Below, in pieces: positions 9,841-19,316 of a DNA stretch of 64,000 bases. Within the stretch, counting starts at the first letter, position 1. Each line of letters starts with the position of its first letter. A program made the translations under genes and the position numbers. Where the stretch lies: IMG/VR virus record IMGVR_UViG_3300025127_008281, positions 2,997 through 66,996 of that record; one strand, written 5' to 3'. This DNA is from a virus. The notes beneath the pieces were generated by a model. It was not told the DNA's origin and searched no databases. It saw only the letters and a list, made by a program, of their open reading frames with translations.

Positions 9841-10905
9841 CTATTTTATTGACTTTTTAAAGCCATGTGGAAATAAATCGTCAACTGTTTTAACATCATT
9901 TTTGGTTAGACAGTAGAAATTACTTAACACGCCAACCGAACTCATTTCAGGACGTCCATGGTTCCACCACTTGTTTTCGGTGAAGTCTTTCAATTGTTCT
10001 AAATGTTCGTGCCATAATTGTAGGAGATCTGGAGCATGTTCACTGCTCCATTGTAAAGCCACTTTTTCTTTTTCATTATGATAGTACAATTTGATTCCTT
10101 TGTATACTATGTGATTAGTGCCTTCTTCGAGAAAAAGGTTTTTTGGTGGAGATAATTGCCCTGGTGTAGATCTCTTTAGGGAAGTGTCCTCACTTGTTTT
10201 ATAATTTTTCAAAACCCTGTGTGCCTCTTTACTTTGTATTTTTTTATCACAGCTATAAAATTGATAATTGTTAATGTGTGGTTCCAGATCAAGATCTATA
10301 AGATACATGTAGTAATGATCTCCATGCTTGATAATATTTTTTTCAGGTTTCTCTGCGCCTGTGATGTGTAGCACGTCCTGTCTAAATTCTTGTCCAAAAA
10401 TATCCAAAGGCCAAAACAATCTGAAATAGTTGTGAATGCCAACAGCACCTGATTTTATTTTTTCCTTAGTTACTCCTTGCTTGTAATACTGACGATAATC
10501 GTCAATAGATAGTGTTTTTATAGATATTTTGGTATTGCGAAGTTTATCACCATGTTTCTTTAAAAAAGGCTCTGCATACTTTTCTATCTCGTAGTCTGCT
10601 CCAGGTATTCCACTTTTCAAGCACACAATCTCATCAACATGAATATTGTTTGATAAGATGTTTGCTAGTATAAAATGACTGTCGGAACCACCCGAGTAAT
10701 ATAACTTTAGTTCTTTATACATATTTCTTAGTTCTCTAAGATGATCTGTCATAAGCTCTTGTAATGTTGCCTGCGGCTCAACAGAAAAATCACCGTCATC
10801 ATAGGGAGTTACGAATCTTATAGGATTGCCTGTGTGTAGATTTTCTTTTATGGCCTCAAGTTTGTTATAGAACTTTTTTTGTCCAACAGTGTAATAAAAT
10901 TTCAT
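9841..10905 (-). CDS. PP-loop (adenine nucleotide alpha hydrolase-like) protein
   Basis: LYYSGGSDS PP-loop motif. Confidence 0.6.
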   Translation of the reverse strand: MKFYYTVGQKKFYNKLEAIKENLHTGNPIRFVTPYDDGDFSVEPQATLQELMTDHLRELRNMYKELKLYYSGGSDSHFILANILSNNIHVDEIVCLKSGIPGADYEIEKYAEPFLKKHGDKLRNTKISIKTLSIDDYRQYYKQGVTKEKIKSGAVGIHNYFRLFWPLDIFGQEFRQDVLHITGAEKPEKNIIKHGDHYYMYLIDLDLEPHINNYQFYSCDKKIQSKEAHRVLKNYKTSEDTSLKRSTPGQLSPPKNLFLEEGTNHIVYKGIKLYYHNEKEKVALQWSSEHAPDLLQLWHEHLEQLKDFTENKWWNHGRPEMSSVGVLSNFYCLTKNDVKTVDDLFPHGFKKSIK

Positions 10906-10908
10906 ATA

Positions 10909-11691
10909 TCACAGATCTCTGTCATTGATAAAACGTCGCTCGAAAATATTTCTGTCCTGATCAATAAACTGCTCAAATGTTCTGCTTTGTGTTTTAAAAT
11001 GATTCTTAAGGTCGGAAGATAAAGGTGGATACCAGCCTTCTGTTTTGTAGCGATTTCCAATATGATCCATCATGATTGTGTCTGGATCGCCATCCACCAA
11101 TTTATGAATTCGATTATTGGTTGTGTGTTCGATGTAATTTACAGGGTATCCTTTTGCAATTAAGATATCCTTGATCTCTGTAATTGTGTATTGCATGTCT
11201 CCTGTGCATTTGTAATTTTTATTGTAATGTTCTTTGCGGCCGATACATTGTTCGATAGCAGACGACAAACAAACTGGATCAAGGTAAGGCGCAGGCGCAT
11301 TTTTTCTATAATCTAATAATTTTTTATCATCACTTATATACTGCTCAGTGAATATATTATTCATTAATGGAGCAATATCAAAACTGGTGTAAGGTATGCC
11401 GCTTTCTAGCATGAAACTATCTATTTGATTGTGTACCAACCTCCATGGCCCTAGGCTACCTATTTTGATAATGTGTTTTATGTTAGAGTCCATTGCTTTG
11501 AGGACAAATTGCTTAACAGCCGAGAGCGTGTGTTTATTTTTCGGCAACAACAAAAAAATGTAATCACTATCCAATAAAGGCGTCCAAGTGTCTTCGTCCA
11601 TAAGGTCGTATGAAATAAAATTATAATCGCCCTTGAAGTACTCACCGATTTGACTTTTTCGTCCTGTAAATGATATTTTTGCCGGCATCAA
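10909..11691 (-). CDS. NmrA-like / atypical NAD(P)-binding Rossmann protein
   Basis: ISFTGRKSQIG N-terminus, IKHIIKIGS, ESGIPYT, RTFEQFI resemble NmrA-family SDRs. Confidence 0.6.
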   Translation of the reverse strand: MMPAKISFTGRKSQIGEYFKGDYNFISYDLMDEDTWTPLLDSDYIFLLLPKNKHTLSAVKQFVLKAMDSNIKHIIKIGSLGPWRLVHNQIDSFMLESGIPYTSFDIAPLMNNIFTEQYISDDKKLLDYRKNAPAPYLDPVCLSSAIEQCIGRKEHYNKNYKCTGDMQYTITEIKDILIAKGYPVNYIEHTTNNRIHKLVDGDPDTIMMDHIGNRYKTEGWYPPLSSDLKNHFKTQSRTFEQFIDQDRNIFERRFINDRDL

Positions 11692-11692
11692 T

Positions 11693-12433
11693 CTATACTG
11701 TTATTTTTTTAATTGATCCATTTTGCTTCGACTCGAGTATGTAAGAGTCATCGTCCACCATTCCTGTAATTTTCAACAACGGCCTATTGTTTATGCCACA
11801 GTTCGCTGTGCTATGCGGAGTGTTTCTCCAGTCAAAGAAAAGCACATCTCCTTTCTTCCACTTGGTCCAAAAACCAGGCTCGAAATTTACAATCTGCCCA
11901 GGATGCCAATCGTCTAAGGCAACGAAGCATCTCCAAATATCTTTCTGATCTTTTGGTTGTCTTCTTTGCTTATCATAATCTCTGTCTAAGAAATCCGACT
12001 CACTTCCTTGTTCATAGGTATAACAAGACACAAAATCTATGTGCCTATGCATGAGTGTGCCTGGTAGTTGATTGTTTATATGGCAACTAGGACTTGAGTT
12101 GAATCCCAATGCAGATGCTATCTTTAGAAGTTCGGGTGAAGGTCTATGCCTGTCGTAGCCGTTGGTAAAGTTATACTTGTTATGATGCTCAATTTCACTG
12201 GCCGTACGTGTTGTGTTAGATATTTCCGTGTGGCTTATTTCAGGTTTGTTGGATATGATTTTATCTACGTCAATATCAAAGTCGACATGAGCACCCACCC
12301 AGAAACCACTTTTGGTTGGGTCCACCAAGGTATTCATAAACTCTGTAACATTGACCTTTGGATCTTCCAAAAAGGCCAGAAAATCTCTTACCTTGGATAT
12401 TTCATTCCATTTCTTTTTTGCGTAATCTAGCAT
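11693..12433 (-). CDS. Fe(II)/2OG oxygenase-like cupin
   Basis: HRHID ... PHSTAN; RPLLKITG. Confidence 0.7.
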   Translation of the reverse strand: MLDYAKKKWNEISKVRDFLAFLEDPKVNVTEFMNTLVDPTKSGFWVGAHVDFDIDVDKIISNKPEISHTEISNTTRTASEIEHHNKYNFTNGYDRHRPSPELLKIASALGFNSSPSCHINNQLPGTLMHRHIDFVSCYTYEQGSESDFLDRDYDKQRRQPKDQKDIWRCFVALDDWHPGQIVNFEPGFWTKWKKGDVLFFDWRNTPHSTANCGINNRPLLKITGMVDDDSYILESKQNGSIKKITV

Positions 12434-12489
12434 TTAAATTAACCTATAGCGATATTATAAAGTATCGCTATAGATTTGTAAAGTTTTAA

Positions 12490-13239
12490 TTAAGCAACTT
12501 TTACTTTGTCTGCTAGTTCTTTGGTATCAATGAAAGTCATGGTTTCGTTCTTAGTGATATTGTCTAACCATGCATTTCTTTTTACGACTAACATGAAAGC
12601 ATTTCTTGGAACATCAGTCAAGTTTTGAGTTTGGTGTCCGGTGTGATCCGGATTGAAAATCAAAAACTGTCCTTTCTGTAGATTAATGCTTACTTCTGAA
12701 TCAGCAGTTTTAAATCTGTACCAAGCACCACCTGGTTGATCAGTCAGTTGCACGAATATTCTTAGAGTCTCGCCGTGTTTAGTGCCACGTTGATTGTCAA
12801 AGTCAGTGTGCATCTGCATGTAAGCGCCTGGTTGTTGTTGGAAGATTCTAATCCTCGTTTTTTCACACTGAAACCAGTCACATATTGCGGCCAGTTGTGG
12901 CGAAGAAAGTTTAGAATTAGTGTCTTGATAGTCTGCTGGATTTTCTTCTTTCCAGAAGTCTTGTAGTTGGTCGTGTGTGGTATCTTTACCATCTGCACTT
13001 CTAAAAGAGTTGTAAAGGTATTGAGTGTCTTGGCCTTTCATTGCGTCAACTTTCTCAACTTCCTTAAAGCCTTTTCCTCTCTTTGTGAAGTTTAGAGCCT
13101 TCAGTTCATCTTCCCAGTCTCCTTGGAAAATGTATGAAGAAGCATAGATACCAGTAGAAGGATTCCATCCTTCTGGTTGATGATTGATAACGTTTTCAAT
13201 CACGCCGTCTTCATTTGTCTTGGTTTCAAACTTGTACAT
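12490..13239 (-). CDS. Fe(II)/2OG oxygenase (Asp/Asn beta-hydroxylase-like)
   Basis: QQPG...MHTD ... GHQTQN...PR. Confidence 0.7.
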   Translation of the reverse strand: MYKFETKTNEDGVIENVINHQPEGWNPSTGIYASSYIFQGDWEDELKALNFTKRGKGFKEVEKVDAMKGQDTQYLYNSFRSADGKDTTHDQLQDFWKEENPADYQDTNSKLSSPQLAAICDWFQCEKTRIRIFQQQPGAYMQMHTDFDNQRGTKHGETLRIFVQLTDQPGGAWYRFKTADSEVSINLQKGQFLIFNPDHTGHQTQNLTDVPRNAFMLVVKRNAWLDNITKNETMTFIDTKELADKVKVA

Positions 13240-13276
13240 AGTTTGTTTCTCCTTAAGGTTTTGACTCCGCTAGTAT

Positions 13277-13999
13277 TTATATGGCTATATTAAAGTTTTT
13301 GTTTTTTTCTACAAAGTCACTGGTTCCTGTGATTTTAAGTATAGATCTTGCCGAATAACCAGCGTTGGCCGTAGAGTGTGGTACATTTCGCCAATCAAAT
13401 TTTATAACATCACCTTTTTTCCAGTTACACCAATGATCTGTTCCAAACTGCCACATCCATCCAGGTTGCCAATCTGTCAATGCTACAAATATACGATGTA
13501 GGTTTTGCATACCTTTTGGTTGTTTTAGTTTTTTATCTAAGGGTAGGGCACTCAATTTTTCAATGTCCTTGTACCAGCCGTTGAGTGAGTCGCAATGGAG
13601 ATTTTTCATACTGCCGGGCTCTTGGACATTAATTGCCACTTTGTAATCCGTGAAACCCAATGCCTCGGCTATCCTATTTGCCAACTCATCTCCACGATAT
13701 TCCTTATAACCATAGTCGAAGTTATTGGCCTTTAGTAGTGCTATTTCACTTATGTCTACGTTCTGGTTACCTTCTAGTTTTTCAGAGGCCTTGAGGGATA
13801 AATGGTCAGTGCTGAAACTCCAGTCGCCACCAACCTCACCTATTTTTTCAAAGGTGTAATCGCCAGGCTTGTAGTTGGACAGAGCCAACATGCACTCTGT
13901 CCAGTTGAATGCAGGGTCTTTCAACAACTGCAACCAATCTCCTACGGTTTTGACTTGCTCGTATTTTTTCTTATAATCTATACGATCTCCATGCGACAT
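13277..13999 (-). CDS. Fe(II)/2OG oxygenase-like cupin, paralog of 11693..12433
   Basis: LHCD ... FVAL.DW.PG ... WKKGDV..FDWRN.PHSTAN shared with 11693..12433. Confidence 0.72.
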   Translation of the reverse strand: MSHGDRIDYKKKYEQVKTVGDWLQLLKDPAFNWTECMLALSNYKPGDYTFEKIGEVGGDWSFSTDHLSLKASEKLEGNQNVDISEIALLKANNFDYGYKEYRGDELANRIAEALGFTDYKVAINVQEPGSMKNLHCDSLNGWYKDIEKLSALPLDKKLKQPKGMQNLHRIFVALTDWQPGWMWQFGTDHWCNWKKGDVIKFDWRNVPHSTANAGYSARSILKITGTSDFVEKNKNFNIAI

Positions 14000-14868
14000 T
14001 ACTCTTGCAAGTTCTTAACACTTGTCTCCCACTGCGTGGTGATTTGACTAGGTGTAAGATCCCACATTACATTCAGTACTTTGCCGCCTTGAGTATATTC
14101 GTACATGGCACTTGCTGAATCCATGTGTACGTCTTTTATTCTTGACCTCAAGGTTGCAACTTCGTCAGCGGTCATGTTTAACGCCAACCAAACTGCATCA
14201 TATCCAGCAATCAAAAGTGTGTTGCTTGGATCCATTGTTGCCAACGGTATCAGGTCCGAATCTTTATTAGCACTATACTCATAGAAACAACTTCCACCGT
14301 TTTTGATTATATCTCTGCCGTGTTTAATCGACACCAATGCGTAATCAATTTCGCCGTTATATAATCCAGTTTTAGTTGCCCCTGATCCATCATAAGCAAT
14401 AGGTTTTACTTTTGCTCCAAATGATTCCTTGAGTGCCAACACAGCTCTGCTGAAAGGTTTGACTGGTGTGGTATGCCCGACTGTGTGAGTGTTTTTCATG
14501 ATCGAATCAGCATCGTAGTTTATCGAACACAAGCTCATCACTGTACTGTCATATCTAACAACCTGCTCTGGTTTCACTTCAAATGTTGCACAGCCACTTC
14601 CATCCCTGCCTACTGCTTCAAAGTCATTAGCCCATGGCATAAGCACAGGACCCTTAATACTTTTCAGCATCTGCACAGCGGTGCAGTAATCGCCAGGAAT
14701 TTTAAGGTCTATGTTGTAGTATTTTTGCAGATCTTTAGACACAGCCGTCATCTGCATGGCAAACGAACCTGTCTTTGATCCTGCATTTAATATTGTCAGT
14801 GACTCTTTGGCAAATGAGTTTGACACGAAGAGACAAGAAAATATTAATGTTAGTATTATTTTTCTCAT
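13999..14868 (-). CDS. Periplasmic solute-binding protein (TctC/Bug-like, divergent)
   Basis: Signal peptide; PIAYDGSGATKTGLYNGEID resembles TctC VPY.G...A...L.G.VD; follows a tctA gene. Confidence 0.65.
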   Translation of the reverse strand: MRKIILTLIFSCLFVSNSFAKESLTILNAGSKTGSFAMQMTAVSKDLQKYYNIDLKIPGDYCTAVQMLKSIKGPVLMPWANDFEAVGRDGSGCATFEVKPEQVVRYDSTVMSLCSINYDADSIMKNTHTVGHTTPVKPFSRAVLALKESFGAKVKPIAYDGSGATKTGLYNGEIDYALVSIKHGRDIIKNGGSCFYEYSANKDSDLIPLATMDPSNTLLIAGYDAVWLALNMTADEVATLRSRIKDVHMDSASAMYEYTQGGKVLNVMWDLTPSQITTQWETSVKNLQE

Positions 14869-14966
14869 TTTTTTCCTTTATATTAACGTTAAAATATAAT
14901 AATAATTGAAAAGAAATGAAAGGTCAAGTCTGACAATTATTATAACTTGACTCCAATTAATATTTA

Positions 14967-16253
14967 TTACCAATATAAACTGATCAGTCTGTTTGCGGCA
15001 TCGATCATTCTATCATGCACTAGAAAAGCAAATATAAGAGGCATGGTATCTAACTTGCGTACAATAAAAGCCAAAGGTAAAAGTGCAAGTGCCACTAAGA
15101 CATAATATAAGGTTTGATAGTTGAGATATCCTACCCAAACAATAACTCCAACAAAGCCAATCAATATTGAAGTGTACATTAATTTAATGTTCAGTTGAAA
15201 TAGTTTTATAATGTGTTTGGCTAGAGGCCATGCAAGGCAAAGGCCCACTATGTTCAAGAATACGAGGCTAACACCTACCACAACAAAGATATCATTGAAT
15301 GTTGTCGTGTCAAGCCTGAATCCTTTTGATTCGACAAGGCCTAATACTAATGCCTCACTGCCGGCTAATGGTATTCCCAAAAGCAACAATGGAAGTAGGT
15401 GACTGAATGCGCCGGCATTGTTTGCGGTCTCTGATGCAACTATTCTTTGCACAGGCGTGGTTTCCCTGCTTTTAGCATCCACCCATGCAAGTTGGCTAGA
15501 CATTGTTGTGGTAAGCCCCGGAGCAAGTCCTCCCATAAATCCAAGCATACTATACCAACTGCTGGTTACCCAATTGAAATTGACCTTACTAGGTTTGTAA
15601 TCTAATGTTTTGTAATTCACTTTGGTTGAATAATTTTTTAAAACTTCTGGTAATCCTAATAGAATTATGACAACTACTATCATGGGAAATCCTTGATACA
15701 AAAGATGACTGTCGAATGTTAAAATTTTGGTCTGTGTCCATTTTTCATATCCTATCAATCCTATTGCAAAACCCGTTATGATAAGCAATATGTTTACCCA
15801 GTATTTGTTTTCTTTGAATATAAAAACCATGGCACCAAGCACAATACAGTATAAAGAAAACTGCACGAGAGTGTTGAAGAAATGCACGGTATATATCAAC
15901 CAATCCAGTAACAACCAAGTTAATGCCAAAACTATTACGCCGCCAAATGTGGATCCAATTGCACTTCCTACTATCGCCTGATATATTTGTTGCGGACTCT
16001 TCAAATTCCTTGATTCAATAACGGCAGGTACGGACGAAGACTCGCCAGGTATTCCAAATGTAATTGCAGGTATACTCCCAATGTATTGTGATATTGTTGT
16101 AAGTGCTGTGTATAGAACAATTATTTGCAAAGGTTCTAGATGAATAAGATATGGGAAAATGATCAACAATGCGGCAAAGTTTCCGATGCCTGGTATACAT
16201 CCACTGATCAAGCCAGCCAGTATTCCAATTATTGCAGGGTTGATTAGTTCCAT
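14967..16253 (-). CDS. tctA: Tripartite tricarboxylate transporter TctA-family permease
   Basis: GCIPGIG, GSIPAITFGIPGESSS, ASETANNA, LLLGIP; start MELINP inferred. Confidence 0.88.
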   Translation of the reverse strand: MELINPAIIGILAGLISGCIPGIGNFAALLIIFPYLIHLEPLQIIVLYTALTTISQYIGSIPAITFGIPGESSSVPAVIESRNLKSPQQIYQAIVGSAIGSTFGGVIVLALTWLLLDWLIYTVHFFNTLVQFSLYCIVLGAMVFIFKENKYWVNILLIITGFAIGLIGYEKWTQTKILTFDSHLLYQGFPMIVVVIILLGLPEVLKNYSTKVNYKTLDYKPSKVNFNWVTSSWYSMLGFMGGLAPGLTTTMSSQLAWVDAKSRETTPVQRIVASETANNAGAFSHLLPLLLLGIPLAGSEALVLGLVESKGFRLDTTTFNDIFVVVGVSLVFLNIVGLCLAWPLAKHIIKLFQLNIKLMYTSILIGFVGVIVWVGYLNYQTLYYVLVALALLPLAFIVRKLDTMPLIFAFLVHDRMIDAANRLISLYW

Positions 16254-16256
16254 CAT

Positions 16257-16415
16257 AAATGCCAGTGTAGCATAGAAATCAGCAGGAGTCAAATGCTGTC
16301 CCTAATACTACACTGCTCTTGATATTTGTTAGCGAGAAATTCGCACACGGCCCGGCTCACGCATTTAAGACATAGAAGTCGGTTTTTTTGCCGGCGTCAC
16401 TGATAGTGGCGCTAC
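16257..16415 (-). ncRNA. Candidate structured RNA / tctA leader
   Basis: GC-richer intergenic segment after TAAATA, with hairpins at 16394-16412 and 16263-16315. Confidence 0.4.
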
Positions 16416-16423
16416 AATGATAT

Positions 16424-16576
16424 TTAGTTTAAATTATTATATTGTTTACAGAGATGGACATAAACTTTTGTCCAGTATTTTTTAAACCATGGATCTTCTG
16501 CAGAAGTCATCATTTGAAAAGCATTATTCAATAATCTTTTTTTGCTTGGTAAAAATTGTTTTGCTAAAGGTGTCAT
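16424..16576 (-). CDS. Small hypothetical protein (50 aa, not in ORF track)
   Basis: MTPLAKQFLP...DPWFKKYW; 4-nt overlap with the upstream gene's stop. Confidence 0.55.
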   Translation of the reverse strand: MTPLAKQFLPSKKRLLNNAFQMMTSAEDPWFKKYWTKVYVHLCKQYNNLN

Positions 16577-17094
16577 TTAAGATTGGCCAATATTTCTGCT
16601 TCCTTACGTTTGGCTATATCGGCTTTGGCCTGTTGTTCTTCTTCGATCTCTTCCGCTGACTTAACTTTCTCTGGCTCTAATTTCTCAGGAGCTTCTATGG
16701 GCATACCTGCATTGTCGAACCATCTGCCATCCGCAGTCACCCTGCAAGGACTATAAAAGTTTTTCTTTTCTTTGGTGATAGCATCTTTGCTCGTTACTAA
16801 TCTTCTTTTCGAATATAATTTGCCTGTGTACACTGTGCCATCTGCTTGTACCAATCTTTCGCCACCTTTGAATATACTACCATAGATCCTGTCGATCATA
16901 ATGTATTCCTCACCATCCTCGTCCTTTTTACGTTTTGCCTTGTCGTACTTTTTAGGTAACTTATGGATGTCTTCGGGCATGGACGTGTAGAACATATTTG
17001 TGTAGGAGTGGAATATGTCCCTTTGAAATCTGCTTTGAGGTTTCTCTGTTATCTTGCTAAGATTGTCTAATAATTCTTTTGATTTTTTACTCAT
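16573..17094 (-). CDS. Hypothetical protein
   Basis: 173-aa ORF immediately after a long hairpin. Confidence 0.75.
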   Translation of the reverse strand: MSKKSKELLDNLSKITEKPQSRFQRDIFHSYTNMFYTSMPEDIHKLPKKYDKAKRKKDEDGEEYIMIDRIYGSIFKGGERLVQADGTVYTGKLYSKRRLVTSKDAITKEKKNFYSPCRVTADGRWFDNAGMPIEAPEKLEPEKVKSAEEIEEEQQAKADIAKRKEAEILANLK

Positions 17095-17102
17095 AATTCT
17101 AA

Positions 17103-17235
17103 AACAACACTGAGGTAAGTAGATGTATTCTCGCGGTTTAGCCTGTCACAACCTCCGCATCTAAAATGCATCAGCCCTAAACGGGTAAAAATAAGATTAC
17201 AAATGAGTAATACACACTTGAACCTCAATGCTGTC
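17103..17235 (-). ncRNA. Long rod-like structured RNA (ncRNA or 5' leader)
   Basis: GACAGCATTGAGGT pairs with ACCTCAGTGTTGTT using G-U pairs that form only on the minus strand; further stems inside; promoter directly upstream. Confidence 0.55.
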
Positions 17236-17246
17236 ATGATGTTACC

Positions 17247-17275
17247 ATTATATATGAAATTTGGTTATTGGTCAA
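17247..17275 (-). promoter_or_regulatory. Sigma70-type promoter
   Basis: TTGACC-17 bp-TATAAT. Confidence 0.75.
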
Positions 17276-17795
17276 CCTGCACACCCAACATCTGAAAATG
17301 TTTCCATATTGTGTAGGTTTCTAGGTCGATAACGTTACCTTTGACATCTTTGATTGTTTTGGTAAATCCTGCGTTCTTGTATCTGCGGAATGGATATTCC
17401 CAATTTCCCGATAGTTGCCAGTCACCTTCAAGTATGTGTTTGTCATCGTCATCTATTAGACATAGAGGCATCTGTAACACCCAACGACTAGATATCTTGT
17501 CGTGTAGATATGCGGTGATAATCTTGTTTTGTGGAATGACATGTTCAAGATGTTGTTTGCCCTGCATGTCAACTGCTTTGTAATGATATCCCATTGGCGC
17601 CAATTGTTTCTGCATAGATCTTATGTACAGAACCAGTGAAGTTTTTATGTGTTTTTTTGTAGCCTGGCTCCATCTATCATCAAACAGATCCTGCTTCATC
17701 CTATCTACGTAGTTTGCCAATTCCTCCAGTGCAGGCCGCTGTTTACTTTTGAAACTTATTTCAGGTAAGTTGTTAAGGTCTTGCAAGTGTTTCAT
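17265..17795 (-). CDS. Putative HNH-like nuclease domain protein
   Basis: HLEHVIP motif resembling the EH.xP core of DUF1524/HNH domains. Confidence 0.45.
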   Translation of the reverse strand: MKHLQDLNNLPEISFKSKQRPALEELANYVDRMKQDLFDDRWSQATKKHIKTSLVLYIRSMQKQLAPMGYHYKAVDMQGKQHLEHVIPQNKIITAYLHDKISSRWVLQMPLCLIDDDDKHILEGDWQLSGNWEYPFRRYKNAGFTKTIKDVKGNVIDLETYTIWKHFQMLGVQVDQ

Positions 17796-17961
17796 AAAAT
17801 TGTTCCTTGTTAATCATCTCTAATTCAACAGCATCGGCTCCTTCATCATAGTGCTCTAAAACTTCTGCCTGTATCTCTTTCCAACTACCCCATAACCATA
17901 ATTCCTCTGTTTTATTCTTCTTAGTCACAAAACATCTGTAATAACAAAGTTTATTTGACAT
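17773..17961 (-). CDS. Hypothetical protein
   Basis: Fills the gap between two genes; start at MSNKL inferred. Confidence 0.55.
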   Translation of the reverse strand: MSNKLCYYRCFVTKKNKTEELWLWGSWKEIQAEVLEHYDEGADAVELEMINKEQFYETLARP

Positions 17962-19027
17962 ATTTGTTAAAGGCGGTCTGAGCTTCTGAGTCACTCGCGA
18001 TATCGCCGTCCTCAAGTTTCAATGTAACATTTGGCATATAGCTTGGCTCGAACGTGCCATCCTCCATCAGGTAAACCTCTCTTAACATGTGGGCCATCGC
18101 CACTGGTGCGTCCCAGCCAACGCCGTTTGCGTGTTGCCATTGTTTCTTGGTGGCCGTATGTATTAGGGTGGCACTCGGACAAACTTTCTTGGCAGTCTCA
18201 AGCATCTTTGTCATCCAATCATTTGGCAATCTTTTAAGACGTTTGGCTTCCTGTCCCATCTGATATTGCTTCATTAGACCTATAAACAATCCTTGGTTGA
18301 TCTCACCACCTTCTTCTTCTCCATATACGTTCTTTATCGACACAAGGGCGTCGGTCAATCCAACAGGCCCAGCCATCTTTATGCCTTTGTATGCATAATC
18401 AAAGTGTGAGAAATAGTGTTTGTTAGGACCGCATTTGCCCGGACTCTTCCTAACACGTTTAGGCTCAAGATCTATTTCACAAGTGTCAAACACCTGTTGC
18501 ACCAAATGTGCAGTTACAACTCTTTCTGTTTCTGTTTCTCCCATTTTGTATCTATGCAATAGACATCTATGAATCTCTTCCGTGCCTGCTCTCAGTATGC
18601 CAGAGTCATTCACTATCTCAAATGCTTCGGCGTCAAAGGCCGGCTCGTCTGTTTCTACTATTGTGACTGGTATCTTTTTCCAACCAAGCAATGCAAGAGC
18701 CACTGCTCGATGTTGTCCGTCAAATATGTATAGTGTCTCTCCGTCTGACCTTTTGACCGCTGATACAGGACAACACACACGTGGGTCAAATTTCTTCATG
18801 ATGTTCATCACATGTCCTGCCCTCACGTCACGTTGCACCGAATAGTTGAACGCAAAGTGCTCTAATGGATGATCCTCAACTCCCTTGGGTAACAACCTAC
18901 CTTTTGCTATTTGATTCTGTAAATTTACTTTTGCTTCTGCTAATTTGCTTGTCCAGTTTGGTACATCTTGTGGTGCTTCTTTTTTAACCTCGTCGACAAC
19001 GTCAAGAAGCATTTTTACCTTGCTCAT
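17951..19027 (-). CDS. ParB/Srx-like N-terminal domain protein (DGQHR motif)
   Basis: VQR...FDP...YIFDGQHR; AGGAG RBS. Confidence 0.72.
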   Translation of the reverse strand: MSKVKMLLDVVDEVKKEAPQDVPNWTSKLAEAKVNLQNQIAKGRLLPKGVEDHPLEHFAFNYSVQRDVRAGHVMNIMKKFDPRVCCPVSAVKRSDGETLYIFDGQHRAVALALLGWKKIPVTIVETDEPAFDAEAFEIVNDSGILRAGTEEIHRCLLHRYKMGETETERVVTAHLVQQVFDTCEIDLEPKRVRKSPGKCGPNKHYFSHFDYAYKGIKMAGPVGLTDALVSIKNVYGEEEGGEINQGLFIGLMKQYQMGQEAKRLKRLPNDWMTKMLETAKKVCPSATLIHTATKKQWQHANGVGWDAPVAMAHMLREVYLMEDGTFEPSYMPNVTLKLEDGDIASDSEAQTAFNKYVK

Positions 19028-19130
19028 ACAATCTCCTATAGTTAATATGCTGTATCGTTAGAACATGCCAACAATAGGCTAAATCTAAAAATACTATACT
19101 AGTATAATATAGGAAAATGAAAATGTCAAT

Positions 19131-19313
19131 CTAATGCAATTCACAACTGGCACGGATTGCGTCTGTGTTGGTAATTGATGTGAACTCCCACTGGGCCTGG
19201 ATGCATGATTCAGCATCAGGGTGTTTAACACGATACCAGCCTTCTCTATCTAAGCTCTCCGCTGTGTGCCATTCTGTGCCTACCAGGAAATATACAACTA
19301 GGAACCATTTCAT
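19131..19313 (-). CDS. Small hypothetical protein
   Basis: MKWFLVV start, two Cys. Confidence 0.6.
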   Translation of the reverse strand: MKWFLVVYFLVGTEWHTAESLDREGWYRVKHPDAESCIQAQWEFTSITNTDAIRASCELH

Positions 19314-19316
19314 GTT

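Noticed and set aside
12444-12474. Palindrome CTATAGCGATA...TATCGCTATAG
   Set aside because: Sits just after a stop codon and is best explained as an ordinary terminator or stabilising hairpin; it does not fit the NrdR pattern.
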